Under the pieces are notes generated by a model. The model did not search any database, was not told the origin of the DNA, and saw only the letters and a list, made by a program, of their open reading frames with translations. From the NCBI GenBank assembly GCA_963700285.1, contig CAVOXA010000001.1:1472001-1536000 (forward strand): DNA of 64,000 bases, given 5' to 3'. The first letter of the stretch is position 1. Each line of letters begins with the position of its first letter. The DNA is from an uncultured Chloroflexia bacterium (lineage in GTDB: Bacteria > Chloroflexota > Anaerolineae > JAAYZQ01). This document shows, in pieces, positions 30,390-40,283 of the stretch. The position numbers were made by a program, and so were the translations under genes.

Positions 30390-31723
30390 CTAGCGCGACA
30401 ATAGTTGCGTGACTTCTTCAAAGACCTCCATGACCCGTTCGGCCTCAGCTTCGGTGATGACCAGGGGCGGCTTGATCTTGACCACGTTGCCCATGCCGCC
30501 GTACTTGGCATGGCCAAACTGCACGCCGCGCTTGAACCCCTCCTCGACAAAACGGTAGGATTCTGCGTTGGCTGGCTCTTTGGTCTCGCGGTCACGCACC
30601 AGCTCGATGCCGATCATCAGGCCCGGCCCCCGCACGTCGCCGATCATCTCGTACTTGTCCTTCAGTGCCAGCAGGCGCTCGGTAAAGTAGGCCCCCATCT
30701 TGCGGCAGTTCTCCAGCAGGTTTTCCTCTTCCATGGCCTTCAGCGTGGCCAGCCCAGCCACCATGGAAATGGGGAAATGGGCAAAGGTGAAGGAGTGGTC
30801 GCCCGGTTCAAAGCCCCGAACGCTGTCCCGCTGGAGGCTGCCCGCCAGGGGGAAGCCGCCGCCGATCGATTTGCCAAAGATCAGGATGTCGGGAATGGTG
30901 TCGTACAGCTCAGCGCCGAACATCTCGCCCAGTCGCCCAAAGCCCGTCTGGATCTCGTCCCAGACCAGCAGCATGTCGTGCTTGTCGCACAGCTCGCGGA
31001 TGGCCTGGTAGTAGGGCAGGGGGAAGGGGATCATGCCCCCGCTGGCCTGAACTGGCTCCATAAAGAGGGCCACCGGCTGGCCGTCCAGGGCGTTGCTCGA
31101 GGAACTTGTCCATCATCTTGACGCAGTAACAGGTCGCACTCGGGATAGGTCTTCTCGTAGGGACAGCGATAGCAATAGGCCTGGGGCAGGCGGATCTTGT
31201 GACCCGTATAGTCCAGGAAGGGGGTCGGATGGGGATAGGTCAGGTCCATGGTGGCCAGGGTCCGGCCCGAGTAGCCATCCCACATGGTGACAAAGTACTT
31301 GCGGCCCGGCTTGTTTCGCAGGGCCAGCTTCATGGCCCCCTCTACGGCCGTCGTGCCGTGCAGGCAGTAGGTCACCCGGTTCAGATCGCCGGGCGCGATC
31401 TCGACCAGCTTCTTGGACAGCAGGAGCTTGGGAACAGTGTCAAAGTTGGTGCGCACGTGGGTGAAATAGTCCAGTTGCGCCTTGACGGCCTCCATGACGG
31501 TGGGGTGGCAGGCGCCCACCCCCAGGCTCCAGGCCTGGGAGGTACAGTCGATGTACTCCATCCCGTCATCGGTCCAGTACTTGGCCCCGCGGGCCTTGAC
31601 GAAAACCTTGGGCACGGCGGCGCCCACCGAACCGCTGAGCATGGCCCGGCGGCCAGCCTCCAGGTCCTCCTCGCTTACGTTGCGGTACAGGTCATGTACC
31701 CAGTCTGCATTTGTAGTTGTCAT
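30390..31723 (-). CDS. Class-III PLP aminotransferase (GabT/ArgD-like), split by two +1 indels near 31090-31130
   Basis: GTTAVEGAMKLA, GYSGRT, AYCYRCP, EPVQASGG, DEIQTGFGRLG, PDILIFGKSIGGG, VRGPGLMIG and KIKPPL. Confidence 0.88.
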
Positions 31724-31743
31724 GGTCTATTCCCTCATTGAAT

Positions 31744-31777
31744 AGACCTGACAGGTTTCGGAAAACCTATCAGGTCT
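31744..31777. repeat. REP-like palindrome
   Basis: AGACCTGACAGGTTT-CGGA-AAACCTATCAGGTCT: 15-bp arms with one mismatch. Confidence 0.7.
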
Positions 31778-31782
31778 CGAGT

Positions 31783-32803
31783 TTACGGCTCAAGTACTAC
31801 CTTGACTGCTTCGCGCTCTTTGCTGGCCTGGAAAGCGGCTGGCGTCTGGTCCAGCGGGAACGCCGCAGAGACCAGCTTTTCCATCTGCAACTGGGGCAGC
31901 AGGCCCACGGCCCGGCGCATGTCCTGTACCGTGCAGTCGATGCTGCCGTGCAGGTGCAATTCCCGGTAGTGGACCAGGTTGATGTCCAGGGGCAGGGTCG
32001 TTCCATAGGTGTAGCCGCTAAAGAGCAACAGGCTGCCCCCAGGCCGTACCAACTCTACCGCCTTGGCCGTGATCTCGATGTTGGAGGTAGCGACAACGAC
32101 TTTGTCCAGAGACTGGCTGAATCGCTTGCTCAGGTCCACGGTTGTGGCATCCAGCGCCTCGTCCGCGCCCAGCGCTAGGGCAAGTTCGCGGCGCCTGGGC
32201 CGCCGTCCGCTGGTGGCCACGTAGCCGAGCCCCCATAAGCTTGGCCAATTGCAGGAAAGTCAGCCCAATGGGCCCGTCACCGATGATCAGCACCCGATCT
32301 CCTGGCCCCACGCCACCGGCTCCCTCCAGGGCGTGCAGGGCACAACCTACCAACTCGGTCAGGGCCCCTGCCTTGAGGTCCACCTCCCCTGGCAGGTGGA
32401 TCACGCCACCGGCCAATACCATCTGGCTGGGAATCGTCATGTATTCGGCCATGCCGCCGTGAACGGTACAGCCGATGACCTGGGCCCGCTGGCATAGGTT
32501 GTCGTAGCCACGAGAACAGGCGGGGCAGATCATGCAGGGGATGAGGGGCGCCAGCGTCACAATGTCACCCGGTGAGTAGCCCTTCACCAGCTTGCCCACC
32601 TCGGTGACCACGGCGGCGATCTCGTGGCCCAGGATCACGGGGTTGATGTAGCGTGGCGTCGGCCCGGTGAAAAACATGCGCTGGTCGGAGCCGCAGATGC
32701 CGCAGGTCAAGATCCGGATGCGTAGACCAAAGGGCTCTAGGGGCGGCATCTCTATCTCTTCCAACCTCAGATCCTCCTGGCCATAGAGTAGGGCTGCCTT
32801 CAT
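31783..32803 (-). CDS. Zn-dependent alcohol/polyol dehydrogenase (sorbitol-dehydrogenase-like), split by a +1 indel near 32225
   Basis: CGICGSD, GHE, structural-Zn motif CMICPACSRGYDNLC and GDGPIG; the C-terminus is in ORF 31783-32220. Confidence 0.88.
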
Positions 32804-33435
32804 GATCCATTCTCCCTTTTCGTATCCGCGACTGGGGACAAGGCCTGGCCGACAGCTCCGCCAGGATGGGCCTGGCCGAGATGCTCCAGCGTGTAGCCCT
32901 TGGCCTCCAATACAACGGCGCTCAAAGCATCGCACATGGCCGAATAGGCGATGGTACTGGTCGTCGCTACAAAGCCCATCAACTCGAACTCGGCCCGGCT
33001 TTGAATGGGCAAGACGTGGCGGCAGATGCGAGCCAGCGTCGAGTCGACGTTGTGGACAAAAGCGATGGTGGTGACCTGGCGCTGGTTGGCAACCTCGGCC
33101 ATCCCTATCACCTCGCCGCTCTCGCCGCCCCGCGACATGGTTACCAGTACGTCATCCGGCGTCATGACCGCCGAGTGGCCGTGCAGGCCATCGGAGGGAG
33201 GTAGGAACATGGATCGCGCGCCGCAGTCGGTCAGGATGTGGGCAAAGCGAGAGCCCACCGCCGCCGACGTGCCGACACCGGTGACCCAGATCAAGCCCGG
33301 GCAATCGGCCAGAAGCTGGACGCAGGTCCAAAAGGCATCGCCCAGCCCTTCGGACAAGGCTTCAATGGCAGCAACATGCTGGGCCATGGTTTGCCGGCCA
33401 AGTCGTAGCATCGTGCTGCGATCCAAATCCGTCAA
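32800..33435 (-). CDS. SIS-domain sugar-phosphate isomerase (KpsF/GutQ-like, no CBS domains)
   Basis: VTGVGTS, LHGH, SRGGES.E, ATTST and HPGGAVG. Confidence 0.85.
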   Translation of the reverse strand: MTDLDRSTMLRLGRQTMAQHVAAIEALSEGLGDAFWTCVQLLADCPGLIWVTGVGTSAAVGSRFAHILTDCGARSMFLPPSDGLHGHSAVMTPDDVLVTMSRGGESGEVIGMAEVANQRQVTTIAFVHNVDSTLARICRHVLPIQSRAEFELMGFVATTSTIAYSAMCDALSAVVLEAKGYTLEHLGQAHPGGAVGQALSPVADTKRENGS

Positions 33436-33570
33436 ATCCTATGCCTCCAGACTCTTGTCGTTGTACGTTCCTCAGCGCTTCTCAATGATGCCGCGATGGG
33501 TCCAGTACTCGTGAAAGGCCAGCCAAAGGACCTTCACCCCGAAACCCTGGGCGCTCTTCACACAGGTCCC

Positions 33571-34350
33571 TCATACCAGAATGACCTCTACACCTTGCTT
33601 GCGCAGGGTATGCACAAAATCGGCTGGAGCCTGGCTGTCTGTGACTAGCTTGTCGATGCGATTCAGAGGAAGGATGGTAGTCAGGCCGATCACGCCGATC
33701 TTGCTCGAGTCGCCCACGACGATGATCTCTGATGAAACGTTGACCATGACCCGGTCCACTTCGGCTTCCAGTAGATTGGCCGTGGTCACTCCATTGGAAA
33801 AGGTCAGGCCGTCTGTGCCCAAGAATACCCTGTCGGCGTGTAGAGCCTCCAGGTTGGCGATGGTCTGTGGACCCACGACAATCTCATAGTCGGGCAGAAA
33901 GATACCACCCAACAGGATGAGGTGGACACCTTTCCAGGAACCCAGAGCGCTCACGATGGGCAATGAGGCTGTGATGGCGGTCAGGCCACCATCATTGAGC
34001 AGGTCGCCAGGGATCTTGTGGGCAACCTGCGCCACTGTCGTCCCTGAATCAAAGATAAGGCGGTCGCCAGCCTGGATCATCTGGGCGGCAGCCTGCCCAA
34101 TACGTTCTTTCACCTCCATGTGGCTGCGCATCTTGGACAGGTGCGAAGAACCAAGGGAGACCTGCGGCACTGCCACGGCGCCGCCATGCACCCGCTTGAG
34201 CAGTCCATGGTCCTCCAAGCGGTCCAGGTCCCGCCGGATCGATACTTCCGAAATGCCAAAGCGCTCGCTGAGTTCCGAGACCCTGACGATCTGGCTGTCA
34301 GAAATCTCCTGGACGATCAACTCACGCCGCTTTCCTGCATTCAGGCTCAT
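33571..34350 (-). CDS. DeoR/GlpR/AgaR-family transcriptional repressor
   Basis: HTH VSELSERFGISEVSIRRDL, RVHGGA, DSGTT, LLGG and DSSK. Confidence 0.93.
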   Translation of the reverse strand: MSLNAGKRRELIVQEISDSQIVRVSELSERFGISEVSIRRDLDRLEDHGLLKRVHGGAVAVPQVSLGSSHLSKMRSHMEVKERIGQAAAQMIQAGDRLIFDSGTTVAQVAHKIPGDLLNDGGLTAITASLPIVSALGSWKGVHLILLGGIFLPDYEIVVGPQTIANLEALHADRVFLGTDGLTFSNGVTTANLLEAEVDRVMVNVSSEIIVVGDSSKIGVIGLTTILPLNRIDKLVTDSQAPADFVHTLRKQGVEVILV

Positions 34351-34432
34351 GGCTTTGGCCTACCTTGCATATCATGCCAGGGAACGCTCTGCCCAACTAT
34401 CAGCGCATTGTTTCAAAGTGCGCGACTCGATG

Positions 34433-34481
34433 TTTCGTTTTAGGACGAAGGTATTATACTTTATTTTCGTTTTGTTGTCAA
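34433..34481 (-). promoter_or_regulatory. Consensus sigma70 promoter with overlapping TTTCGTTTT repeats (candidate DeoR operator)
   Basis: TTGACA (34481-34476), 17 nt, TATAAT (34458-34453). TTTCGTTTT occurs at 34433 and 34465, 32 bp apart; TTTCGTTTG occurs at 34518. Confidence 0.8.
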
Positions 34482-34585
34482 GTCCCTAGCCGAATGTTTC
34501 GGATATTCGACCAGGACTTTCGTTTGGGGATATGATGGGAGGGGATGCAGCCGTTCTTTGAAGGCAGGCGGGGGTTCCTGCCCTA

Positions 34586-35686
34586 CTACCGGTAGTGGTC
34601 GACAATGCGCAGCATCCGGTCGAATTGTGACTCCATCTCCTGAACCAGCTTGAACTGAGTGCGGCAGCGATCCAGGTTATGGTTCTGCCTGTGGATCTTG
34701 AAGTAGATGTCTCCGTCCAGATGATCGGCCAAAAAGCGCATGCCACATTCAAAGGTCATCAGCCTGGCCGAAAAGGCGAGATAGTCCAGTTCCGTCTGCG
34801 TCAGAAACTCTCTGGAGGTATCCAGGTAGCCGTGGCTCAGGTACTCAAAGATCTCCATGTCAAAGGCCACCTTTGCCAGATCCTGCTCATCCTCGGCGGC
34901 GGTGTTGGCAGCGGCTCGTACCGCGTCGCCAAAGTCATAGAGCGCCGAACCGGGCATGACGGTGTCCAGGTCGATGACACAGACAGCCTCGCCTGTTTCG
35001 TCGTCGATCATAACATTGTTGAATTTGGTATCGTTGTGCGTGACCCGTTCTGGCAGCAGGCCCTGCGCCAAGAGGTCGACCAAGATGGGCATTTCTCCTA
35101 CCCGCTGCTCCACAAAGTCGATCTCGGGCCGTACTGTACTTGCACGGTTGGCCGCGTCCCGTTCCACTGCGCTGACAAAAGCTTCGTAGCGCCGTTGCGT
35201 ATGGTGAAAGTTTGGGATGGTCTCATGCAGGCGGTCCGCTGGAAAATCGGCCAGCATTTTCTGAAAACTACCGAATGCTCTTGCGGCGTGGTAGACGTGT
35301 TGTGGGCTCTCTGCCACTTCGTAGGCCTGAGCCTTTTCGATCAGGATGAAGGCTCGCCAATAGTTGCCGTCAGCGGTCCTGCAGTAGGTGCCGCCGGAAA
35401 AGGTAGGAATCAAAGAGAGTGCTTCACGCTGCGGGTCGCCGCCAGCATTCTTGATCTTTTCCTGGAGGTGACGGATCACGCACTCGATATTCGCCATAAG
35501 CTCTTCTGGTCGCTGGAAAACATCGTGATTGATGCGCTGGAGAAGGTAGCGGTGCTTGGCGCCGTTTTGCCTCTTGAATTCGGCTGCGTAGGTGTCATTG
35601 ATATGTCCAGTTCCGTAGGCATAGGCTCTCAGAAACTCGCCTTCAAAGCGAAAGCACTGGACAATGTCCGGGAAATCGGGTGTCAT
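34586..35686 (-). CDS. APH/choline-kinase-like phosphotransferase (N-acetylhexosamine-1-kinase-like family)
   Basis: GTGHINDTY, LLQRIN, ETIPNFH, RVTHNDTKFNN, VIDLDTVMPG, DFGD and RFLADHL.GD.YF. Confidence 0.85.
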   Translation of the reverse strand: MTPDFPDIVQCFRFEGEFLRAYAYGTGHINDTYAAEFKRQNGAKHRYLLQRINHDVFQRPEELMANIECVIRHLQEKIKNAGGDPQREALSLIPTFSGGTYCRTADGNYWRAFILIEKAQAYEVAESPQHVYHAARAFGSFQKMLADFPADRLHETIPNFHHTQRRYEAFVSAVERDAANRASTVRPEIDFVEQRVGEMPILVDLLAQGLLPERVTHNDTKFNNVMIDDETGEAVCVIDLDTVMPGSALYDFGDAVRAAANTAAEDEQDLAKVAFDMEIFEYLSHGYLDTSREFLTQTELDYLAFSARLMTFECGMRFLADHLDGDIYFKIHRQNHNLDRCRTQFKLVQEMESQFDRMLRIVDHYR

Positions 35687-35845
35687 GAGTCTTCTGTCAC
35701 CTTCAATTGGCTGGGTTGGCGAAACCATTCTGTACCACCGTGCACTCCTCGTCGGCGAGTCTCTTGCAAGGCAGGTACGTTCCTTGCCCTGAGCACGGGT
35801 GGTCTGCGTCCCCAGTTTACCACAAGAGCAGAACTGGGCCAAATC

Positions 35846-35895
35846 TTGCCCTATCCTGGAGAAGGGAGTATACTGGGGCCACCATCTGGAGGCAA
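35846..35895. promoter_or_regulatory. Symmetric bidirectional sigma70-type promoter
   Basis: + strand: TTGCCC (35846), 17 nt, TATACT (35869). - strand: TTGCCT (35895), 17 nt, TATACT (35872). Both use the palindrome AGTATACT and lie between divergent genes. Confidence 0.65.
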
Positions 35896-35897
35896 AG

Positions 35898-36416
35898 ATG
35901 AACATCCCAACGATCACAACGCAAAGACTGATGCTCCGCGCTTTTACGGCGGAGGACGCCGATCCCCTCCACCGCATCATGGGCGAGAAGGGGGTTCTTG
36001 CTTACTTTCCCAACCAGGACCCTCCATCGCTGCAGAGAACACAGAAGCTGGTCTGTGGCCAGCTTGCGCATTGGACAGAGCATGGCTATGGCTGGTGGGC
36101 TGTTGAGCTGCGCACGGAGTCGGGGCTGGTCGGCTGGGCCGGGCTGCAGTACCTGCCAGACACCGACGAGACAGAAGTTGCCTATTTCCTGGAAAAGAAG
36201 TACTGGGGGCAGGGGTTGGGTACCGAGGCTGCCCAGGCCGGACTGCAGTTTGGCTTTGGGGAGTTGGGCCTGGCGCGCATCGTGGGCATTGTGCATCCAG
36301 ACAACATCGCCTCCCAGCGTGTGCTGGAAAAGGCGGGAATGCAGTTTGTCGAGCGGACCCGATACTTTGGGATGGATTGCTACCGCTACCTGATTACCGA
36401 AAACCACGAGGAGTGA
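35898..36416 (+). CDS. GNAT N-acetyltransferase, RimJ/RimL family
   Basis: TQRLMLRAF, GYGWWAV, EVAY, YWGQGLGTEAA and HPDNIASQRVLEKAGM. GGAGG RBS. Confidence 0.9.
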   Translation: MNIPTITTQRLMLRAFTAEDADPLHRIMGEKGVLAYFPNQDPPSLQRTQKLVCGQLAHWTEHGYGWWAVELRTESGLVGWAGLQYLPDTDETEVAYFLEKKYWGQGLGTEAAQAGLQFGFGELGLARIVGIVHPDNIASQRVLEKAGMQFVERTRYFGMDCYRYLITENHEE

Positions 36417-36475
36417 GTCTGCTCAAATGCAAAAGAAAACGTTCGCTATTTGAGCAGGTCTCACTCCCAAGGTGT

Positions 36476-37579
36476 TTACGTGCTGGACTTGCCGAACCAG
36501 CCGCCGACCTCGGAGCGGATCCCCACCGCTTGCTCGCTGGGGCCGGCTACCCAGGCCCCGAGGGCTACCAGTAAGCCCAGGATCCCCAACAGTACCGTCT
36601 GCCAGATGAGTCCGTTCAAGACCACGTCCCAGATTTCGTCGGCCAGCGCCCGGATCAGGGGATCAAGGATCCCTGCCAGAACGGCAGGCTGGGCGATGGC
36701 AATCACTACCAAGCTCAGTGCCGCGGTGATGACGACCCCAATACCGATCCACATGAGCGTGCGGCGGCGCCACAATGATAGGAGCCAGGCCACCACAAAC
36801 GTGACCAGTGCCAGCAGAGGCAGCAGGGTGCCCACCGTGTCGATGGCGGCCAGCACCTGCTGGACGAGGGCAACCTGCTGGCTCGTAAAGAGTACAATCT
36901 TGCCGGGGGCCTCCTCGCCAGTGAACAGTCCCAGATTCTGAAGGCCTAGAGTGTTCTCAATCGATGCAAATACGTCGCTGAGGTCGAAAGTGAGCGCGCC
37001 GTCCTCGAGGTAGAGGAGCGACCGGTCGCCGCGTAGTGCTTCCATGGCTACAGCGTGGGCCGCGCGGTTGGCGGTGACCCAGACGGCGTTGAACTGGTCG
37101 CTCTGGATCAGTTTGGTCACCGAATCGCCGGCCAGATCCCGCAGTACCCCGACCAGAGGACCGCTCAATACGGCGAATTCCTCAGGCAGCGCCTCCTGCG
37201 CCGCACCTTCGACGTCAACTGCGTGAAAGATCTCGCCGACCACGTAGACGCTCAGCGTGCCGGCTACGACCTCGCTCCGGGGCAACGGTGCCACGGTGGA
37301 CACCCACGTGTCGGTGTCCAGCACCACATCCCTTACCCATAGCGCGGCATTGCCGCCGGCCAAAAGGACGCAGCCAAGGAGGATCAATAGACCAACTACC
37401 CAGCGACGGCCGGTATGCTTTGGGGCCTTTTGCTTTGCTTCACCTTCGGCCACCTGTCGCTGTAGATCTGCGACTTGGGCATGGAGCGCTTCGACGTCCA
37501 CTGGTTCAGCCGTTGCCGGCTGTTCCTCTGGGGCGCCTGCCGCTTCCGACGATTCGGGAAACATCTGTTTGTTTGACAT
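36476..37579 (-). CDS. Integral membrane protein of unknown function
   Basis: N-terminal acidic/coiled segment, one TM helix, an extracytoplasmic domain (LDTDTWVSTVAPL, WVTANRAAH) and three C-terminal TM helices. GAGGAG RBS. Confidence 0.8.
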   Translation of the reverse strand: MSNKQMFPESSEAAGAPEEQPATAEPVDVEALHAQVADLQRQVAEGEAKQKAPKHTGRRWVVGLLILLGCVLLAGGNAALWVRDVVLDTDTWVSTVAPLPRSEVVAGTLSVYVVGEIFHAVDVEGAAQEALPEEFAVLSGPLVGVLRDLAGDSVTKLIQSDQFNAVWVTANRAAHAVAMEALRGDRSLLYLEDGALTFDLSDVFASIENTLGLQNLGLFTGEEAPGKIVLFTSQQVALVQQVLAAIDTVGTLLPLLALVTFVVAWLLSLWRRRTLMWIGIGVVITAALSLVVIAIAQPAVLAGILDPLIRALADEIWDVVLNGLIWQTVLLGILGLLVALGAWVAGPSEQAVGIRSEVGGWFGKSST

Positions 37580-37643
37580 AATCTCTTCTCCTCTCGTGGT
37601 GATACTCTGCCTTACGTGACACCTCAGAGCCGGGGCTCGCCTT

Positions 37644-37684
37644 GTGTTTGGGCTGGGAAGGCTCAACCTTCCCAGCCCAAACAC
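37644..37684 (-). terminator. Perfect 18-bp hairpin after the SBP-Ig-META gene
   Basis: GTGTTTGGGCTGGGAAGG-CTCAA-CCTTCCCAGCCCAAACAC. Confidence 0.65.
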
Positions 37685-37689
37685 TGCTT

Positions 37690-40215
37690 CTAGCGCTGAA
37701 CGAACTCGATTGTGACTTGGCCGCCAGATTTTAGGTACAACTGGCCGGCTTCCAGTGTGTAACTATCGGCTGACTCCAGATTGTTCAGGAATGCCTCTTC
37801 CTGCTCCATGATCCCCTTGGGTGACTCACACATCGAACGAGATGCCGAAAGCTTCTTGATGCGCAGGTCGTTGCCATCGATCTCGTAGCGAGCGCTATAG
37901 CTGTTGCAGCCACCAGAACCACTGAGATCGCTGCCCTCGCCAAAAACCGCCGTCAGGCTCGTCCCCGGTAGGGGCTGCTCCATCCCATTGGTGGCGGGAT
38001 TGTAGTAAAAAGTGGCCGCCCATGATGTTCCGGCCAGCGGATTGGTGGGCTGGTCCTCGCTGACAGTGACCGTCTGCTCCTGCCTGTCGCGCTTGTCGTT
38101 GGCGTTGTAGGCGATGACGGCGTAGACCGGCTCGCCGGCATCGGTGGGACAGTCCTGAAGGCTGCCGCTGAGAGGGGCATTGTCTTCTAGCTCGGTGTCA
38201 TCGCGGAGGATGGAGACCCAGGTCGTACCGCCGCTTGTGCTCCAGGAGATGGTAACGCACTCACCGACCGTGATCTCGCCCGGCTGTACGCCAAAGGAGT
38301 CGATCACAGGGTCTGAGGGCACGGCTGTCGGCTCCACAGTAGGCTGCGGTGTAGGAACTGGCGTTGCCGTAGGCTGATCAGGCTGCACGACGTTGATCGC
38401 CTGCTGCTGGCCTGTGCTGCCGCCAGGCCCTACGGCCTCGATACGATAGGTTACCGTGCCGGTCCCGGGCGGGCAGTCTTCCAGGTCTCCGCGAAGGGGG
38501 GCGCCCTCCCACAGTGGGGCATTGTTCGCATAGACGGAAACCTTGTCCACGTCACCCTCCACATTCCAGGTGATGTCAACGCACTGGCCAATGTTGATCT
38601 GCCTGGGAGGCGTGACGCTGAACTCCTTGATGACAGGGGCTCCGGCGGCTGGCTTCACCGTGATGGCGATCTGCTGTACCTCCACTGAGCCATCATGGTG
38701 GACGATTCTCAGATAGTAGGTGGTGGTTTCGGCTGGGCACTCTTGCCGGCGATCCTCGCCGGCCACGCCATTGTTCTGCCAGTCCTGGCCCTCAGCATAG
38801 AAATAGACTGCCTGGACGTTGTCGACTGCCCAGGAGAACACCACGCACTCGCCCGCCGTGATCTCTGTCCGGTCAACCGTGAACATAACTCCGGGTGCTG
38901 GCGTCTGAGTTGGGATTGCCGTGGCTGCCGGAACCACCTTGATGGCCACGGGCAGGCGTTCACCAAATGCCTGTCCGCTCCCATTCTCCATCTGCCAGTA
39001 GCCCACATAGGTATCTGGCTTCTGCGGCGCGACCAGGTTCACCTGGATGTCGTAAATCCCTCCGGGAGTCACCTTTCCCTTCACGGCTACTGGCTGGCCG
39101 CCCATGATTGCCGCTGGTTTGTTGCCGTTGGAATAGACAAGCCTGTAGGAGCTATCCCAGGTACAGGTGCCGGTGTTCTTGACCCTCCAGGTCTTGGTAA
39201 AGGCCTGTCCGGGGTTCTTCAAAGGTGGATCTGCGACAGGGTCGCCCTGCGTGTCGATGTGCTGCAGGAATTCCAGGGCATCGACACATGCCGGTACAGG
39301 TCCCGGTGTGCTGGTGGCAGCCGGCGTCGGCGTGGGCAAGAGCTGACCCAGGTCCAGGTTCAAGTACAGTTTGGCCAGTTGCTCCACGACGCCCTCTTCG
39401 AACATTCCTGCCATAACGCGATCCAGCTCTGCCTTCAGTGATTGGGCTCCCTTGGGCAGGGCCACAGCATAGTGCTGAACGTCTAGGCCTTTGCCGACGA
39501 GCGTTACGCCGCCCTGCTCCACGGCAGCCCCGGCTGGTTGTAGGTCCATGACCACCAGATCCACGCGTCCCTGCTCCAGGTCCCGTACGGCGTCACTGGC
39601 CTTCGCATAGGTTTTCAGATTGTCCTGGGGCATCTGGCCCGTGTCCACAAGAACGGTCTGCAGCCAGTTTTCGTATACGCTGGCGCGCTGAACGCCGACA
39701 AGGTAACCGGCCATCTCTCCGACCGAGTTGATGGCAGTGATGGGTGATCCCTTGGCTGCCAGGATGCCGTCCTGACCAACCAGGTAAACGGTCGTAAAAT
39801 CCACCATGGCCTCTCGCTCCGGCGTGATGGAAATGGCGGCAATAACGGCGTCGACCTGCCCAACCTGTAGGGCGCCGACGAGCCCGTCGAAGGCAAAGTT
39901 GCGATACTCAACCTCAATCCCTAGCCGGCGGCCCATCTCATCCATCAGGGCGATGTCAAAACCGTCGATCTGGGTGTCGTTGGCCATATATTCGTATGGC
40001 GGATAGTCGGCCGAGGTGCCGACGACGATCTTGCCCGCGTCCTGGACCCGCTGCCAGGACGTATCTTCGTCCGGAGACGGAGGGCCGGCCGTCGGCGTCG
40101 CCTGGCCGTTGCCCCCGATCAGTGAGTTTACAATGAAATAACCTGCGAGACAGCCCACGACCACGACCACCAGGGCCAAGACGGCTATGAGCACGATCTG
40201 CATTGTTCTAGACAT
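37690..40215 (-). CDS. Membrane-anchored multidomain protein: family-3 (polar amino acid) solute-binding domain + NBR1-Ig-like + three Cys-pair Ig-like modules + META
   Basis: N-terminal TM helix; VGTSADYPPYE, GFDIAL, ITPERE..VDF; PGQAFTKTWRVKNTGTCTW...GYWQM; three CV...W...(E/D)CP modules; SGSGGCNSY...MMC-like SRSMCE...IMEQE. Confidence 0.88.
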   Translation of the reverse strand: MSRTMQIVLIAVLALVVVVVGCLAGYFIVNSLIGGNGQATPTAGPPSPDEDTSWQRVQDAGKIVVGTSADYPPYEYMANDTQIDGFDIALMDEMGRRLGIEVEYRNFAFDGLVGALQVGQVDAVIAAISITPEREAMVDFTTVYLVGQDGILAAKGSPITAINSVGEMAGYLVGVQRASVYENWLQTVLVDTGQMPQDNLKTYAKASDAVRDLEQGRVDLVVMDLQPAGAAVEQGGVTLVGKGLDVQHYAVALPKGAQSLKAELDRVMAGMFEEGVVEQLAKLYLNLDLGQLLPTPTPAATSTPGPVPACVDALEFLQHIDTQGDPVADPPLKNPGQAFTKTWRVKNTGTCTWDSSYRLVYSNGNKPAAIMGGQPVAVKGKVTPGGIYDIQVNLVAPQKPDTYVGYWQMENGSGQAFGERLPVAIKVVPAATAIPTQTPAPGVMFTVDRTEITAGECVVFSWAVDNVQAVYFYAEGQDWQNNGVAGEDRRQECPAETTTYYLRIVHHDGSVEVQQIAITVKPAAGAPVIKEFSVTPPRQINIGQCVDITWNVEGDVDKVSVYANNAPLWEGAPLRGDLEDCPPGTGTVTYRIEAVGPGGSTGQQQAINVVQPDQPTATPVPTPQPTVEPTAVPSDPVIDSFGVQPGEITVGECVTISWSTSGGTTWVSILRDDTELEDNAPLSGSLQDCPTDAGEPVYAVIAYNANDKRDRQEQTVTVSEDQPTNPLAGTSWAATFYYNPATNGMEQPLPGTSLTAVFGEGSDLSGSGGCNSYSARYEIDGNDLRIKKLSASRSMCESPKGIMEQEEAFLNNLESADSYTLEAGQLYLKSGGQVTIEFVQR

Positions 40216-40283
40216 TTCGATTTTCTCCTTGTAGGTAGTTGCCTGACGGGCATGGCATCGCCGTGCCAGTTAGCTCGCTGCGC

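Noticed and set aside
33472-33561. 29-codon GTG ORF (VKSAQGFGVKVLWLAFHEYWTHRGIIEKR) between deoR and the SIS gene
   Set aside because: Too short and without a recognisable motif. It may be a remnant but cannot be supported.
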